Source of the DNA: Thermoanaerobaculia bacterium
GTDB lineage: Bacteria > Acidobacteriota > Thermoanaerobaculia > UBA5066
Length of the DNA stretch: 64,000 nt
Assembly (NCBI GenBank): GCA_963816185.1
Contig: CAWFJJ010000025.1
Span: 288,001 to 352,000 of the forward strand
Direction of reading: 5' to 3'
The notes under the pieces were generated by a model. It saw nothing but the letters and a program-made list of their open reading frames with translations, had not been told where the DNA came from and did not search any database. The stretch's first letter is position 1, and every line of letters begins with the position of its first letter. Both the position numbers and the translations under genes were made by a program. Positions 48,202 through 56,975 of this stretch are shown one piece after another.

Positions 48202-49293
48202 TCACCTCTGCCTCGGCGCGACGGGGGTGCCGGCCGTCAGCGCCATCAGCTCGCTCGGAAGCCCGGTGACGACGAGGTCCCCGGCCGCGAGATCGCCCTT
48301 CACCCTACTGTTGCGACCGTCCCCGCCCGCCACGACGACGCGGACCGGCTGGGCTTTCCCGTCCTTCACCCGCACGACGAGCGTCTCGGCGGTCCCCTCG
48401 AGCAGGGCCGCGGAGGGGACGACGAGCCCTTCCGCAGACGAGGTGGCGGCATAGGTCGCCGCGACAGTCGCTCCCGGCGCGAGTGAGAACGGCGCGGAGG
48501 GAAGGTCCGACTCGACTGTCCCCAGGTGCGAGGCGTCGAGGGCAGGGTAGATCCTCGAGATCCTGGCCTCGCGCGTGTCGCTTCCGTTCGCGAGAACGAC
48601 CCGGCCTCCAGGCGAAAGGAGCGCGAGGCTCTCCTGCGAGAGCTTCGAGACGACCCTCACGGGTCCCGCGACCTGGACGGTGTAGAGCGGCCTTGCCGGG
48701 CGCGGCGAGATCGCCGGGCTCGACGAGCCGGGCGCTCACGACGCCGGACCAGGGGGCCGGGACGTCGCGCGAACGAACGGAGCGTGCGGGCGCTCGCGAG
48801 CGCCCTCTCGGCGGCGACCAGCGCCGCCTTCGCCGCCTCGAGCTGCGCCTGGCTCGCCTCGAACGCCTGCCGTCGAGAGGGCGTCGTTCTCGACGAGCAC
48901 CGTGTCCCGCGAGACGACCGCCTCCTGGCGGGTCCGCTCCTGCCGCGCCGCCGCGACGCGCGCCTCGGCGGCGGCGACGGCGTCGTCGAGGACCCGCGCG
49001 TCGACGCGGGCCATCACCTCGCCCTTCCGGACGGTGTCCCCTTCGCGGAAGCGGACCTCGAGGAGCGCTCCGGCGACCTGGGCCGAGACCGTCGCCGCCG
49101 TGTCGGACTGGATCAGGGCGACCGTCTTCACCGAGGCCGCCACCGTCCCGGTCCTCACGGGGATGACGTCCACCGCGACGGCGGGGACCTCCGGGGGCGA
49201 AAGCCGCGCCAGGCTCTGCTTCTTGTGACGGATTGCGAGGACCCCGGCGAGAACGACCGCCAGCGCCAGGACCAGCCCAAGGATCCTCTTCAT
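48202..49293 (-). CDS. RND periplasmic adaptor (MFP), frameshifted
   Basis: N-terminal TM, V.AQVAG.......EGD.V.KG, LVEPGD, VVP..AL; split over frames at ~48870-48740. Confidence 0.82.
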
Positions 49294-50613
49294 CGCGTCT
49301 CTCCTCTCCTCGCGGTCACGAACTCCAGGTTGTCCTCGGCGGTCTGCAGCGCGTAGAGCCCTCGCCAGTAAGCGGTCTCTCCGAGGAGCTCCTGCGACCG
49401 GGCCGACAGGTAGTCCTCCACCTTGCCGGTTCCCTGATCGAGCCTCAGACGCTCGACGCGGGCGACTTCCTTCCCGAGGTCCCGCTGCGCCTCGCCCGCC
49501 CGGAGCTGAGCTCGAGCCGCCTCGAGGCGCCCGCCGGCCTCGACGACCTGCGCGGAGACCTCCAGCTCCTTCCCTCTCTCGCGCTCGCTGGCGGCCGCGA
49601 GATTCGCCTCGGCTTCGCGAACGGCGTGCAGGCGGCCGAGCCCGTCGAAGAGCGGGAGGCGCAGCGTCACGGCCACCTCGTGGGTCTCCAGCGAGCCGTT
49701 CACGGACGGCGCACGATTCCAGAGGACATTGCCCTCGAGCGCGAGGCGCGGGCCGAAGGAGTCGATCGCCAGCCGCTTGCGGCTTTCGGAGATGAGCGTC
49801 GCGTCGCGCACGGCCCCGAGGTCGGCGCGCATCGAGAGGGCCTTCGCGAGCCCGTCCCCCGGCTCGTCCATGGGCACCGCGCTCGTCGGCGACGTCCGCG
49901 AGGTCCCATCCGCCCGCCGGCGGGTCCTCGCCCATCAGGGCGGCGAGGTACGCCTGCGCCGTCGTCTCCTGCGCCTCGAGCTCGGCCACCTGTGCCTCGG
50001 CTCCCCGCAGCGCGTACGTCACCTTCGCGGCGTCGACCGGCGCGGCGGCGCCGAGGCTCACCTTCAGCCGCGCGTCCTCTTCGTCCTTCGTCAGGGCCGC
50101 GGCGTACTGCCGTGCCGCGCCGAGGGCATGCCGGACGAGGAGGGCGTTGCGATACGCCGCCCGGACGCTCGTTCGGATCTCGTCGCGCGTGAACTCGGCG
50201 GTCTTCTCCGCGGCGCTCCGGGCCAGCGAAGCGCTGCGGTCTCCTTCGTGCAGCGCGCCGCCGGCGAGGAGAGGCAGCTGGAACGCGAAACCGTAGTGCG
50301 TCTGGTTCTGGTCCCAGGGGAGTTGATACAACCCCAGCGCCGGGACCTCGAATTGGTCGATGGAGATGGGGCGCACGAGGCGCGGCGACTCGTAGTTGTT
50401 GTACGACGCGACGGCGTCGATCTGCCCGAAATGCCGGGCGCGGGCCTGCGACTCGCGACGGGCCGCCGCCACGGCCTCCAGCCGCGAGGCGGCGAGGCGG
50501 GGGTTCGCGGATTGAGCGCGGACCTCGGCGTCGTTCATCGTGAGGGGTGCGGCGGCGAGCGTCGCCGTCGACGGGCCAGCGAGGATCAGGCAGACGGAAA
50601 CGGCGAGTCTCAT
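49290..50613 (-). CDS. TolC family outer membrane efflux protein (frameshift ~49880)
   Basis: Signal peptide; A...NP.L, two LPL(L/F).G motifs, helical repeats; heads the MFP-RND operon. Confidence 0.85.
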
Positions 50614-50933
50614 CGGGATTTCCCCTCACGCGCGCGTCCGGCGCCCAGGAAAGCGCCGAGCGTTCGGAGGAGCGTGTCGGCCGCCCCCCTCTCGATCTCG
50701 TACTCCACCCGCGATCCCTCCCGGCGAGGGAAGACGAGGCCCGCGGTGCGAAGCACGCCGAGATGGTGCGAGACGGCGGGCTGCTCGACACCCAGCTCCG
50801 CGGCGAGGTCGCAGACGCAGCGTCCGGGACGCCGCACGAGCTGCGCGAGGATCCGGAGCCGGAGCGGATGGGCCGTGAGCCGCAGACGTCCTGCCAGCGT
50901 TTCCGTCGTGAGCATCTCTGGATCTATCGACAT
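50610..50933 (-). CDS. ArsR/SmtB family repressor
   Basis: AHP.RLRIL, CVCDL, QPAVSHHL..LR.AGLV...REG; start 50933 or 50915. Confidence 0.9.
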   Translation of the reverse strand: MSIDPEMLTTETLAGRLRLTAHPLRLRILAQLVRRPGRCVCDLAAELGVEQPAVSHHLGVLRTAGLVFPRREGSRVEYEIERGAADTLLRTLGAFLGAGRAREGKSR

Positions 50934-50942
50934 ACCTCGATA
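50925..50942. promoter_or_regulatory. Putative operator of the second ArsR
   Basis: TATCGA-N6-TCGATA at the gene start. Confidence 0.6.
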
Positions 50943-50984
50943 CCTCGGTGCGCAAAAAGGCGGCTGAGCCGCCGTCACGCAAGG

Positions 50985-51026
50985 AAGGTATCGCCGCGCC
51001 CGCAGGCGCGCCTTGACGCGCGACAA
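50985..51026 (-). promoter_or_regulatory. Putative Crp/Fnr-activated class II promoter of the arsR-tolC-RND operon
   Basis: TTGTC-N4-GTCAA (51026-51013) centred at -41.5 relative to TACCTT -10 (50990-50985). Confidence 0.5.
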
Positions 51027-51038
51027 GAAAAACAGAGA

Positions 51039-51749
51039 TCAGTCGCCGTCGGCGACGCGGCGCAGGGCGTCGAGGGAGGGGATCCGGAAGCGCCGCGGAC
51101 CCAGCCTCTCGAGCAGGCCCTCCCGGCGCAGCTTCGCGAGCGCCCGCGAGAGGTTCTCGGGCGTCACGTGCAGGGTCCGCGCCAGCTCCTGCTGGCTGAA
51201 GGGGAGCGTGACGATGGCTTCGCCGCGACCTGAAGCCTCGGGCGGGACGAAGCTGAGAAGTCCGTGCGCGGCACGTGCGTGGGCGCCTGGCTGCCCGAGC
51301 ATGCCGAGCTGGTCGAGACAGCCGCGGAGCCGGGAGGTCAGATACTCGAGCAGCCGAAGGCCGACTTCCGGCTCCTGCCGGAGGAACGTCTGGAAGGCCG
51401 CCCTCTCGAGGACGAGCGAGACCGACTCCTCCATCGCCGCGACGGAAACGGGGAAAGGGCCGCCGTCGAGGAGCGGCAGGAACCCGAAGGACGCTCCAGG
51501 CTGGAGGACGAAGACCGTGATCTCGCGTCCGCTCGGGAGCAACCGGTAGACCCGAAGGCGCCCGCTTGCGAGGACGAAGAACTGACCGCCCGCATCACCC
51601 TCCGAGAAAACGAGCGCTCCCGCAGAAAAGCGCTTCTCGGCGAAGAGGGCCGCGAGCTTCGATGCGCCCTCTCCCAACGCGCCGAAAGGGGTCTTCTCCA
51701 GGAGCCTTGCGCGGGCCGCGGAGTCGATCCTCACGTCTCTCGACTTCAT
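51039..51749 (-). CDS. Crp/Fnr family transcriptional regulator
   Basis: cNMP-like domain (F.EGD, G.L.VY.....GREI, PG.SFG) plus HTH SQQELA..L..TPE.LSR.L. Confidence 0.92.
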   Translation of the reverse strand: MKSRDVRIDSAARARLLEKTPFGALGEGASKLAALFAEKRFSAGALVFSEGDAGGQFFVLASGRLRVYRLLPSGREITVFVLQPGASFGFLPLLDGGPFPVSVAAMEESVSLVLERAAFQTFLRQEPEVGLRLLEYLTSRLRGCLDQLGMLGQPGAHARAAHGLLSFVPPEASGRGEAIVTLPFSQQELARTLHVTPENLSRALAKLRREGLLERLGPRRFRIPSLDALRRVADGD

Positions 51750-51768
51750 TTCCGCCGTCTCCTGGCCA

Positions 51769-52956
51769 TCAGCCCGCCCACGCGCCGAACGCGAGGCCGC
51801 AGATCGTCGAGAGAACGATGACGAGGGAGACGTAGGTCACCGTCTTCTTCAGCCCGAGGTAGGAGTTGATGACGAGCATGCTCGGGAGGGATAGCGCCGG
51901 CCCCGAGAGAAGCAGGGCCAGCGCAGGCCCCTTCCCCATTCCCGAGCCGAGAAGGCCCTGCAGGATCGGGACCTCCGTCAGCGTGGCGAAATACATGAAT
52001 GCGCCGAACACCGACGCGACGAGATTCGCGGCGACCGAATTGCCGCCCACGAGGGAGGCGACCGCCGAGTCGGGGATGATCCCCGCGTCGCTCCCGGGCC
52101 GTCCCATCAACCACCCCGCGACGAGCACGCCGCCAAAAAGAAGCGGCAGGATCTGCTTGGCGAACTCCCATGTCCCGAGGACCCATTCCCGGCGCTCGCC
52201 CGGGTCGAGCCACTTCACGATCATGAAGAGGAGTGCCCCTGCGGAGAGGGCCGCGAGCGGAAGATGCGCCTTCCAGACGGCCGCGAAGAACCCGACCGCG
52301 CGGTTCGGGGAACCCCAGTTGATGAAGACGAGAAGGGCCACCATCGAGCCGAGAAACGCCGCGTCCTGCCACGGCTTGCGCCGCGGAGGGACGTCGCCGG
52401 CGCCGGCCGCCGCGAAGGGATCGGGGCCGTTCGCGACGCGCTCGGATTCTTCCTTCCGGAACAGGAACGCCATCAAGAGGCCGATGACGACCGAGAACCC
52501 GACGGCGCCCACGATCCGGGCGACGCCCAGCTCGAATCCGAGGACGCGCGCCGTCAGGATCATCGCGAGGACGTTGATCGCGGGCCCCGAATAGAGGAAC
52601 GCGGTCGCGGGCCCGAGTCCCGCCCCGCGCCGGTAGATGCTGGCGAAGAGCGGAAGCACGGTGCACGAGCAGACGGCGAGAATCGAGCCCGACACCGACG
52701 CGACCCCGTAGGCGACCGGCCTCGGCGCCCGGGCGCCGAGGTAGCGCATCACGGCGGCCTGGCTCAGGAACTGTCCGATGGCCCCGGCGATGAAGAGAGC
52801 CGGGACGAGACAGAGGAGAACGTGCTGCCGCGCGTAGTCCTTGAGGAGGAAGAGACCCTCGAGGAAAGACCTCTGGAGCCGCGGGCTCTCGACGGGCAGC
52901 AGGTACGCCGCCGCGAAGACGGCGACGATCAAGAGCAGCTTCGTCCGCTCCTTCAT
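51769..52956 (-). CDS. DUF318/ArsP-like permease (second, divergent paralogue)
   Basis: HVLLCL.PA.FIAG, LAVCSCTVLPLF, FLYSGPAIN, MYFATLTEVP. Confidence 0.9.
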   Translation of the reverse strand: MKERTKLLLIVAVFAAAYLLPVESPRLQRSFLEGLFLLKDYARQHVLLCLVPALFIAGAIGQFLSQAAVMRYLGARAPRPVAYGVASVSGSILAVCSCTVLPLFASIYRRGAGLGPATAFLYSGPAINVLAMILTARVLGFELGVARIVGAVGFSVVIGLLMAFLFRKEESERVANGPDPFAAAGAGDVPPRRKPWQDAAFLGSMVALLVFINWGSPNRAVGFFAAVWKAHLPLAALSAGALLFMIVKWLDPGERREWVLGTWEFAKQILPLLFGGVLVAGWLMGRPGSDAGIIPDSAVASLVGGNSVAANLVASVFGAFMYFATLTEVPILQGLLGSGMGKGPALALLLSGPALSLPSMLVINSYLGLKKTVTYVSLVIVLSTICGLAFGAWAG

Positions 52957-52975
52957 CGGGCGGGCTCCCGTTCTC

Positions 52976-53230
52976 TCATGCGCCCGCGAGGAGCTTGCGG
53001 ATCTCGTCCACCTTCGGGATGCGGCCCGAGAGGACGACCTTGCCGTCGACGGCGACGCCCGGCGTGGCGAGAAGGCCCAGCTCGATCATTCGCTCCATCG
53101 ACTCGACCTTCTCGACGTCGGCCTCCAGATGGTCGGCCTCCACGGCCTGCAGCACGACGCGGTAGGTTTCCTTGCAGCGGGCGCAGCCCGGACCGAGGAT
53201 CTCGATCTTCTTGTGTGCGATGTTCTCCAT
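52976..53230 (-). CDS. Small redox-active disulfide protein (close paralogue of 40766-41020)
   Basis: KKIEILGPGCARCKET...HLEADVEKVES shared with copy 1. Confidence 0.92.
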   Translation of the reverse strand: MENIAHKKIEILGPGCARCKETYRVVLQAVEADHLEADVEKVESMERMIELGLLATPGVAVDGKVVLSGRIPKVDEIRKLLAGA

Positions 53231-53281
53231 GACGATCTCCTTGATTTCATCTCCCGGTCATGCCTTTGCGAGAGGTTGCTC

Positions 53282-53309
53282 CGTCATTTCGCTACATGCC
53301 GAAATGTAT
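53282..53309. promoter_or_regulatory. ArsR-type operator, copy 2
   Basis: CGTCATTTCG-N8-CGAAATGTAT, arms identical to 42566-42593. Confidence 0.75.
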
Positions 53310-53408
53310 TCGTCCGGCGACACCCCGAACCATGATTCGCCTGCATCACGCATGTGCGTTGACATCCGCGAGCGCCGCGGCACAGAATTTACGAAGGGCG
53401 ATAGAGCG

Positions 53409-54584
53409 ATGGAGCTCGCTCCCACGGCCGCGAAGGCGGATGACTCCTGGATCGGCAAGAGGGAGTCACACGTGTCCGGAAACGGACGCGCTCTCCAGGA
53501 TCTCCTCGCGCCCTCGGGTCTCAGGCTCAACGGCGACGCGCCGTGGGATCCCAGAGTTCACGACGAGCGGTTCTACGGTCGCGTCCTCGCGAACGGGTCG
53601 CTCGGCCTCGGGGAGAGCTACGTCGACGGCTGGTGGGATTGCGAGGATCTCGAGACGTTCTTCTGGCGCCTCCTCACGGCGGGGCTGGCGCAAAAGGTCA
53701 AAGTCTGGCGCGATCTCCCGCGAGTCGCCCTGGCGCGGCTCCAGAACCGGGGGCGGCGGTCGCGGGCATTCGAAATCGGCGAGCGCCACTACGATCTCGG
53801 CAACGACCTCTACGAAACGATGCTCGACCGGCGCATGACGTACAGCTGCGGGTATTGGACCCGCGCCCGCACCCTGGACGAGGCGCAGGAAGCGAAGCTG
53901 GACCTCATCTGCCGTAAGGCGGGCCTGAAGGCGGGGATGCGCGTCCTCGACATCGGCTGCGGCTGGGGTTCTTTCGCGGCGTTCGCCGCGGAGCGCTACG
54001 GAGTTTCGGCCGTCGGCATCACCGTCTCCAAAGAGCAGATCGAGCTGGGCCGTCGGCGGACGGCCGGGATGCCCGTCGAGCTTCTCCTCAAGGACTACCG
54101 CGACCTCGACGGGACCTTCGACGCGATCGTGTCGGTCGGCATGTTCGAGCACGTCGGGCGCCGGAACTATCGGACGTTCTTCGACGTGGCGCGCCGCTGC
54201 CTCGCTCCGGGGGGCCTCTTCGTCCTCCACACGATCGGAACCCGGCTGTCCACCCTTTCGTGCGACCCGTGGATCGAGAAATACATCTTCCCGAACAGCC
54301 TCGTTCCGTCGATGGCTCAGATCACCGCGGCGCTCGAGGGCCGCTTCGTCATCGAAGACTGGCAGAACATCGGGCCGGACTACGAGCCCACGCTGGCGGC
54401 CTGGTTCTCGAACTTCCGCGCCGGCTGGGACCGGCTCCAGGCGCGATACTCCGACCGCTTCTACCGCCTGTGGTCGTACTACCTGCGCGCCTGCGCGGGA
54501 TCCTTCCGCGCGCGGTACAACGACGTCTGGCAGCTCGTGCTTTCGCGCGACGGGCTGCAGGGCGGGTACGAAGCGGTCCGCTAG
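53409..54584 (+). CDS. cfa: Cyclopropane fatty acyl phospholipid synthase
   Basis: GSLGLGESY.DGWW, HYDLGNDL, YSCGYW, LDIGCGWG, SVGMFEHVG, YIFPN. Confidence 0.95.
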   Translation: MELAPTAAKADDSWIGKRESHVSGNGRALQDLLAPSGLRLNGDAPWDPRVHDERFYGRVLANGSLGLGESYVDGWWDCEDLETFFWRLLTAGLAQKVKVWRDLPRVALARLQNRGRRSRAFEIGERHYDLGNDLYETMLDRRMTYSCGYWTRARTLDEAQEAKLDLICRKAGLKAGMRVLDIGCGWGSFAAFAAERYGVSAVGITVSKEQIELGRRRTAGMPVELLLKDYRDLDGTFDAIVSVGMFEHVGRRNYRTFFDVARRCLAPGGLFVLHTIGTRLSTLSCDPWIEKYIFPNSLVPSMAQITAALEGRFVIEDWQNIGPDYEPTLAAWFSNFRAGWDRLQARYSDRFYRLWSYYLRACAGSFRARYNDVWQLVLSRDGLQGGYEAVR

Positions 54585-54680
54585 CGCGCCGCGTGCTTCG
54601 CACGCACCGGGGAAAGGCGCGCTAGCAACTGCGAGTAATGGGGGAAACACGGTCGTGTTTCCCCCTGTACCCCCTTCACC
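54580..54680. repeat. Intergenic compound hairpin (REP-like or bidirectional terminator) between convergent genes
   Basis: GCTAGCGCGCC/GGCGCGCTAGC enclosing GCGTGC-TTC-GCACGC; then GGGGGAAACAC-GGTC-GTGTTTCCCCC. Confidence 0.65.
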
Positions 54681-54692
54681 GCTCGAGTATTC

Positions 54693-55832
54693 TCACTTCC
54701 CCGAGGCGCCGCAGGCGCAGTCGCCGCGGAACGCGTCGTTGCCCGGCGGCTCCTTGTTGGCGTGGAAGCAGAAGTCCACGAGCTCTTTCGCCCCGGGACC
54801 CGAGGCCAGCGGCGGCGAATCGGCGTCGACCTTCCGGAATCGCGCCGTGAGCGTGCCGTCGTCGGCCACTTCGATTCGCACGTAGCCGTACCGGATCGAC
54901 TCACCGTATTGCTGCGCGCCCGCGGTCCCGATGATCCAGCCGGGCAGCACCTGTCCGCGGTGCTCGGGCGTGTCGTACACGTTCTCCCGGAAATCGTGCG
55001 AATGGCTCGCGAGGACGTACACGTGCTTGCGCTTGTCCGGAGGTCCGGCGAGGTTCTGCGCGCGGAAAAGGAGGTCGTAGGCCTGCTGGCCCGAGCACAG
55101 CCCCGCGCAGGTCGCGTCCATGGCGTGGCCGCGCGACGTGCTGTAGGGAAGCGCCGCGTGCATGCCGACGACGATCGTCCTCACGGAATCCTTCGCGGCA
55201 TCCGCGGCGAGAACGCGCGCGAGCCAGACGAGCTGCTCCCGCGAGAAGCCGCCCCCGTCCGCGTTGTCCAGGGAGATGAAATCCACGCCTTTGCGGACGA
55301 CCCGGTAGAACGTGCTCCCTTCCGCCGACGAGATGCCGCGCGGGAAGTCCAGGATGCGCTGCTCGTGGATCGGAGATTGCAGCAGCCACTTTCGAAAGGC
55401 CCTGCGGTAATCGTCGCGAGTCCTTCCGAAGAGCTCGTGGTTCCCGATCGCAAGGAGAACCGGCGTCTTCTTGAACGCTCCGAGCTGCCTCTCGATGAAG
55501 TCGTCCCACGCCATGTCGAGGTATTCGGCCATCTCGAAGCGGTCGAGCTGATCCGGCGGCCGGACCGTGCAGTCGTACGAGGGGTGCCGGCGCTTCAGGA
55601 TGTCGCAATCGATGTCGTACATCCGCCGGAAATCCCCGAGGTGCCAATAGAGCTCCGCGGGCGGGCCCGCGGTGTCGCTCTCGATGGCCCGGGCGATCTT
55701 GGGCATCACGAGGTCGCCGCAATCGCGCGAATCTCCCGAGACGGCGAACGCCCAGGCGACTCGGGGAGGAGCCTGAGCAAGAACGGCACCCTCCAGCACG
55801 AGGGCGCCGACCGCCACGAGGACTCTCTTCAT
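54693..55832 (-). CDS. Secreted calcineurin-like metallophosphoesterase
   Basis: GDSR, HLGD, GNHE, GMH, SHSH motifs; signal peptide; GGAG RBS. Confidence 0.8.
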   Translation of the reverse strand: MKRVLVAVGALVLEGAVLAQAPPRVAWAFAVSGDSRDCGDLVMPKIARAIESDTAGPPAELYWHLGDFRRMYDIDCDILKRRHPSYDCTVRPPDQLDRFEMAEYLDMAWDDFIERQLGAFKKTPVLLAIGNHELFGRTRDDYRRAFRKWLLQSPIHEQRILDFPRGISSAEGSTFYRVVRKGVDFISLDNADGGGFSREQLVWLARVLAADAAKDSVRTIVVGMHAALPYSTSRGHAMDATCAGLCSGQQAYDLLFRAQNLAGPPDKRKHVYVLASHSHDFRENVYDTPEHRGQVLPGWIIGTAGAQQYGESIRYGYVRIEVADDGTLTARFRKVDADSPPLASGPGAKELVDFCFHANKEPPGNDAFRGDCACGASGK

Positions 55833-55855
55833 GAAATCTCCTTGCGCCGTCCGGT

Positions 55856-56965
55856 TCAGCGTGCCGCCACGCCCTCGATCTTCCGGATACGCGCGTTGAA
55901 CGAGTCGACGACGTAGAGGTTGCCTTTGCCGTCGAGGCCGAGCCCGATCGGGAAGTTGAGCCTGGCCTTCACGGCGGGGCCGCCGTCCCCCTCGAAACCT
56001 GGTTTGCCGTCGCCCGCCACGGTCGTCAGAATCCCCGTCTTCGCGTCGAGGCGCCGGATCGCGTGGTTCTGTGTGTCCGCGATGAAGACGTTGTCCGCGC
56101 CGTCGATGACGAGTGACGCCGGCTGGTTGAGCTGCGCGTTTTGGCCGGGGCCGCCGTCTCCGGTGTAGTTGCCCATGCCGTTGCCCGCGGCGACCACGAC
56201 CTGGCCCGTCTTCGCGTCGAGCTTCAGGACGCGTTCGTTTCCGGTCGCGCAGAACCAGAGATTGCCCGCGCGGTCGACCCGCGGCGAGTTGGGCCAGGCC
56301 ATGCCGGTCTCGAGCGCCTTCCCCGGTCGGCCGTTGAAGGCCATGTCGCCGTTTCCGGCTAGCGTCTCGATCCGGCCGGACTTGAAGTCGAGGCGTCTCA
56401 GGCGGGCGTTCATCGTATCGGCGATCAGGAGCCGGCCTTCGCGATCGAAAGCGAGGCCGCCGGGCCGCGCGAGGCCGGTCTGGGACGCGAGGCCGTCTCC
56501 CGTGAAGACGTTCTTCCGGATGCCGGCGACCGTCGTGATGAGCTTCGTCTTCGCGTCGACGCGCCGGAGAACGTAATTCGCGGCGTCCGCGATGTAGAGG
56601 TTGCCGTGGCGGTCGAACGCGACCTCCGACGGGGATTTCAGGGCCGCTGCGGTGGCCAGGCCGCCGTCGCCCGCGAAGCTCGCACGGCCGCTGCCCGCGA
56701 CGGTCTCGAGCACTCCCGTCTTTCTGACGATGCGCCGCACGCGCGAGGCGTTGGCTTCGGAGAAGACGAGATTGCCGTCGGGATCGAAGACGACGTTCGA
56801 GACCGAGTCGAGCGCGAGCGCGAGCGAGGACGTTTTCGCGAGGCTGCCGTCGGGCGAGAACGCGTGGGTGCCGTTGCCGGCGATCGTCGTGATCGTCTGG
56901 GCGGCGGAGGGAGACGAGAAGGCGAGCGCGGCGGCGAGGGTGAAGGCGGGCCCGTGACATGTCAC
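55856..56965 (-). CDS. Secreted NHL-repeat beta-propeller protein
   Basis: Repeated T.AG.G.....GDGG.A..A.L..P..L..D..GN.YIAD..N..IR. Confidence 0.9.
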   Translation of the reverse strand: MTCHGPAFTLAAALAFSSPSAAQTITTIAGNGTHAFSPDGSLAKTSSLALALDSVSNVVFDPDGNLVFSEANASRVRRIVRKTGVLETVAGSGRASFAGDGGLATAAALKSPSEVAFDRHGNLYIADAANYVLRRVDAKTKLITTVAGIRKNVFTGDGLASQTGLARPGGLAFDREGRLLIADTMNARLRRLDFKSGRIETLAGNGDMAFNGRPGKALETGMAWPNSPRVDRAGNLWFCATGNERVLKLDAKTGQVVVAAGNGMGNYTGDGGPGQNAQLNQPASLVIDGADNVFIADTQNHAIRRLDAKTGILTTVAGDGKPGFEGDGGPAVKARLNFPIGLGLDGKGNLYVVDSFNARIRKIEGVAAR

Positions 56966-56975
56966 AGTCCGATTA

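Noticed and set aside
35483-54584. Metal block as a mobile element or genomic island
   Set aside because: No integrase, transposase, tRNA or flanking direct repeats found
9411-56965. Repeated motifs in CRTAC1, BNR, TPR and NHL genes as CRISPR or DNA repeat arrays
   Set aside because: Degenerate protein-level repeats with no identical repeat-spacer periodicity and no cas genes
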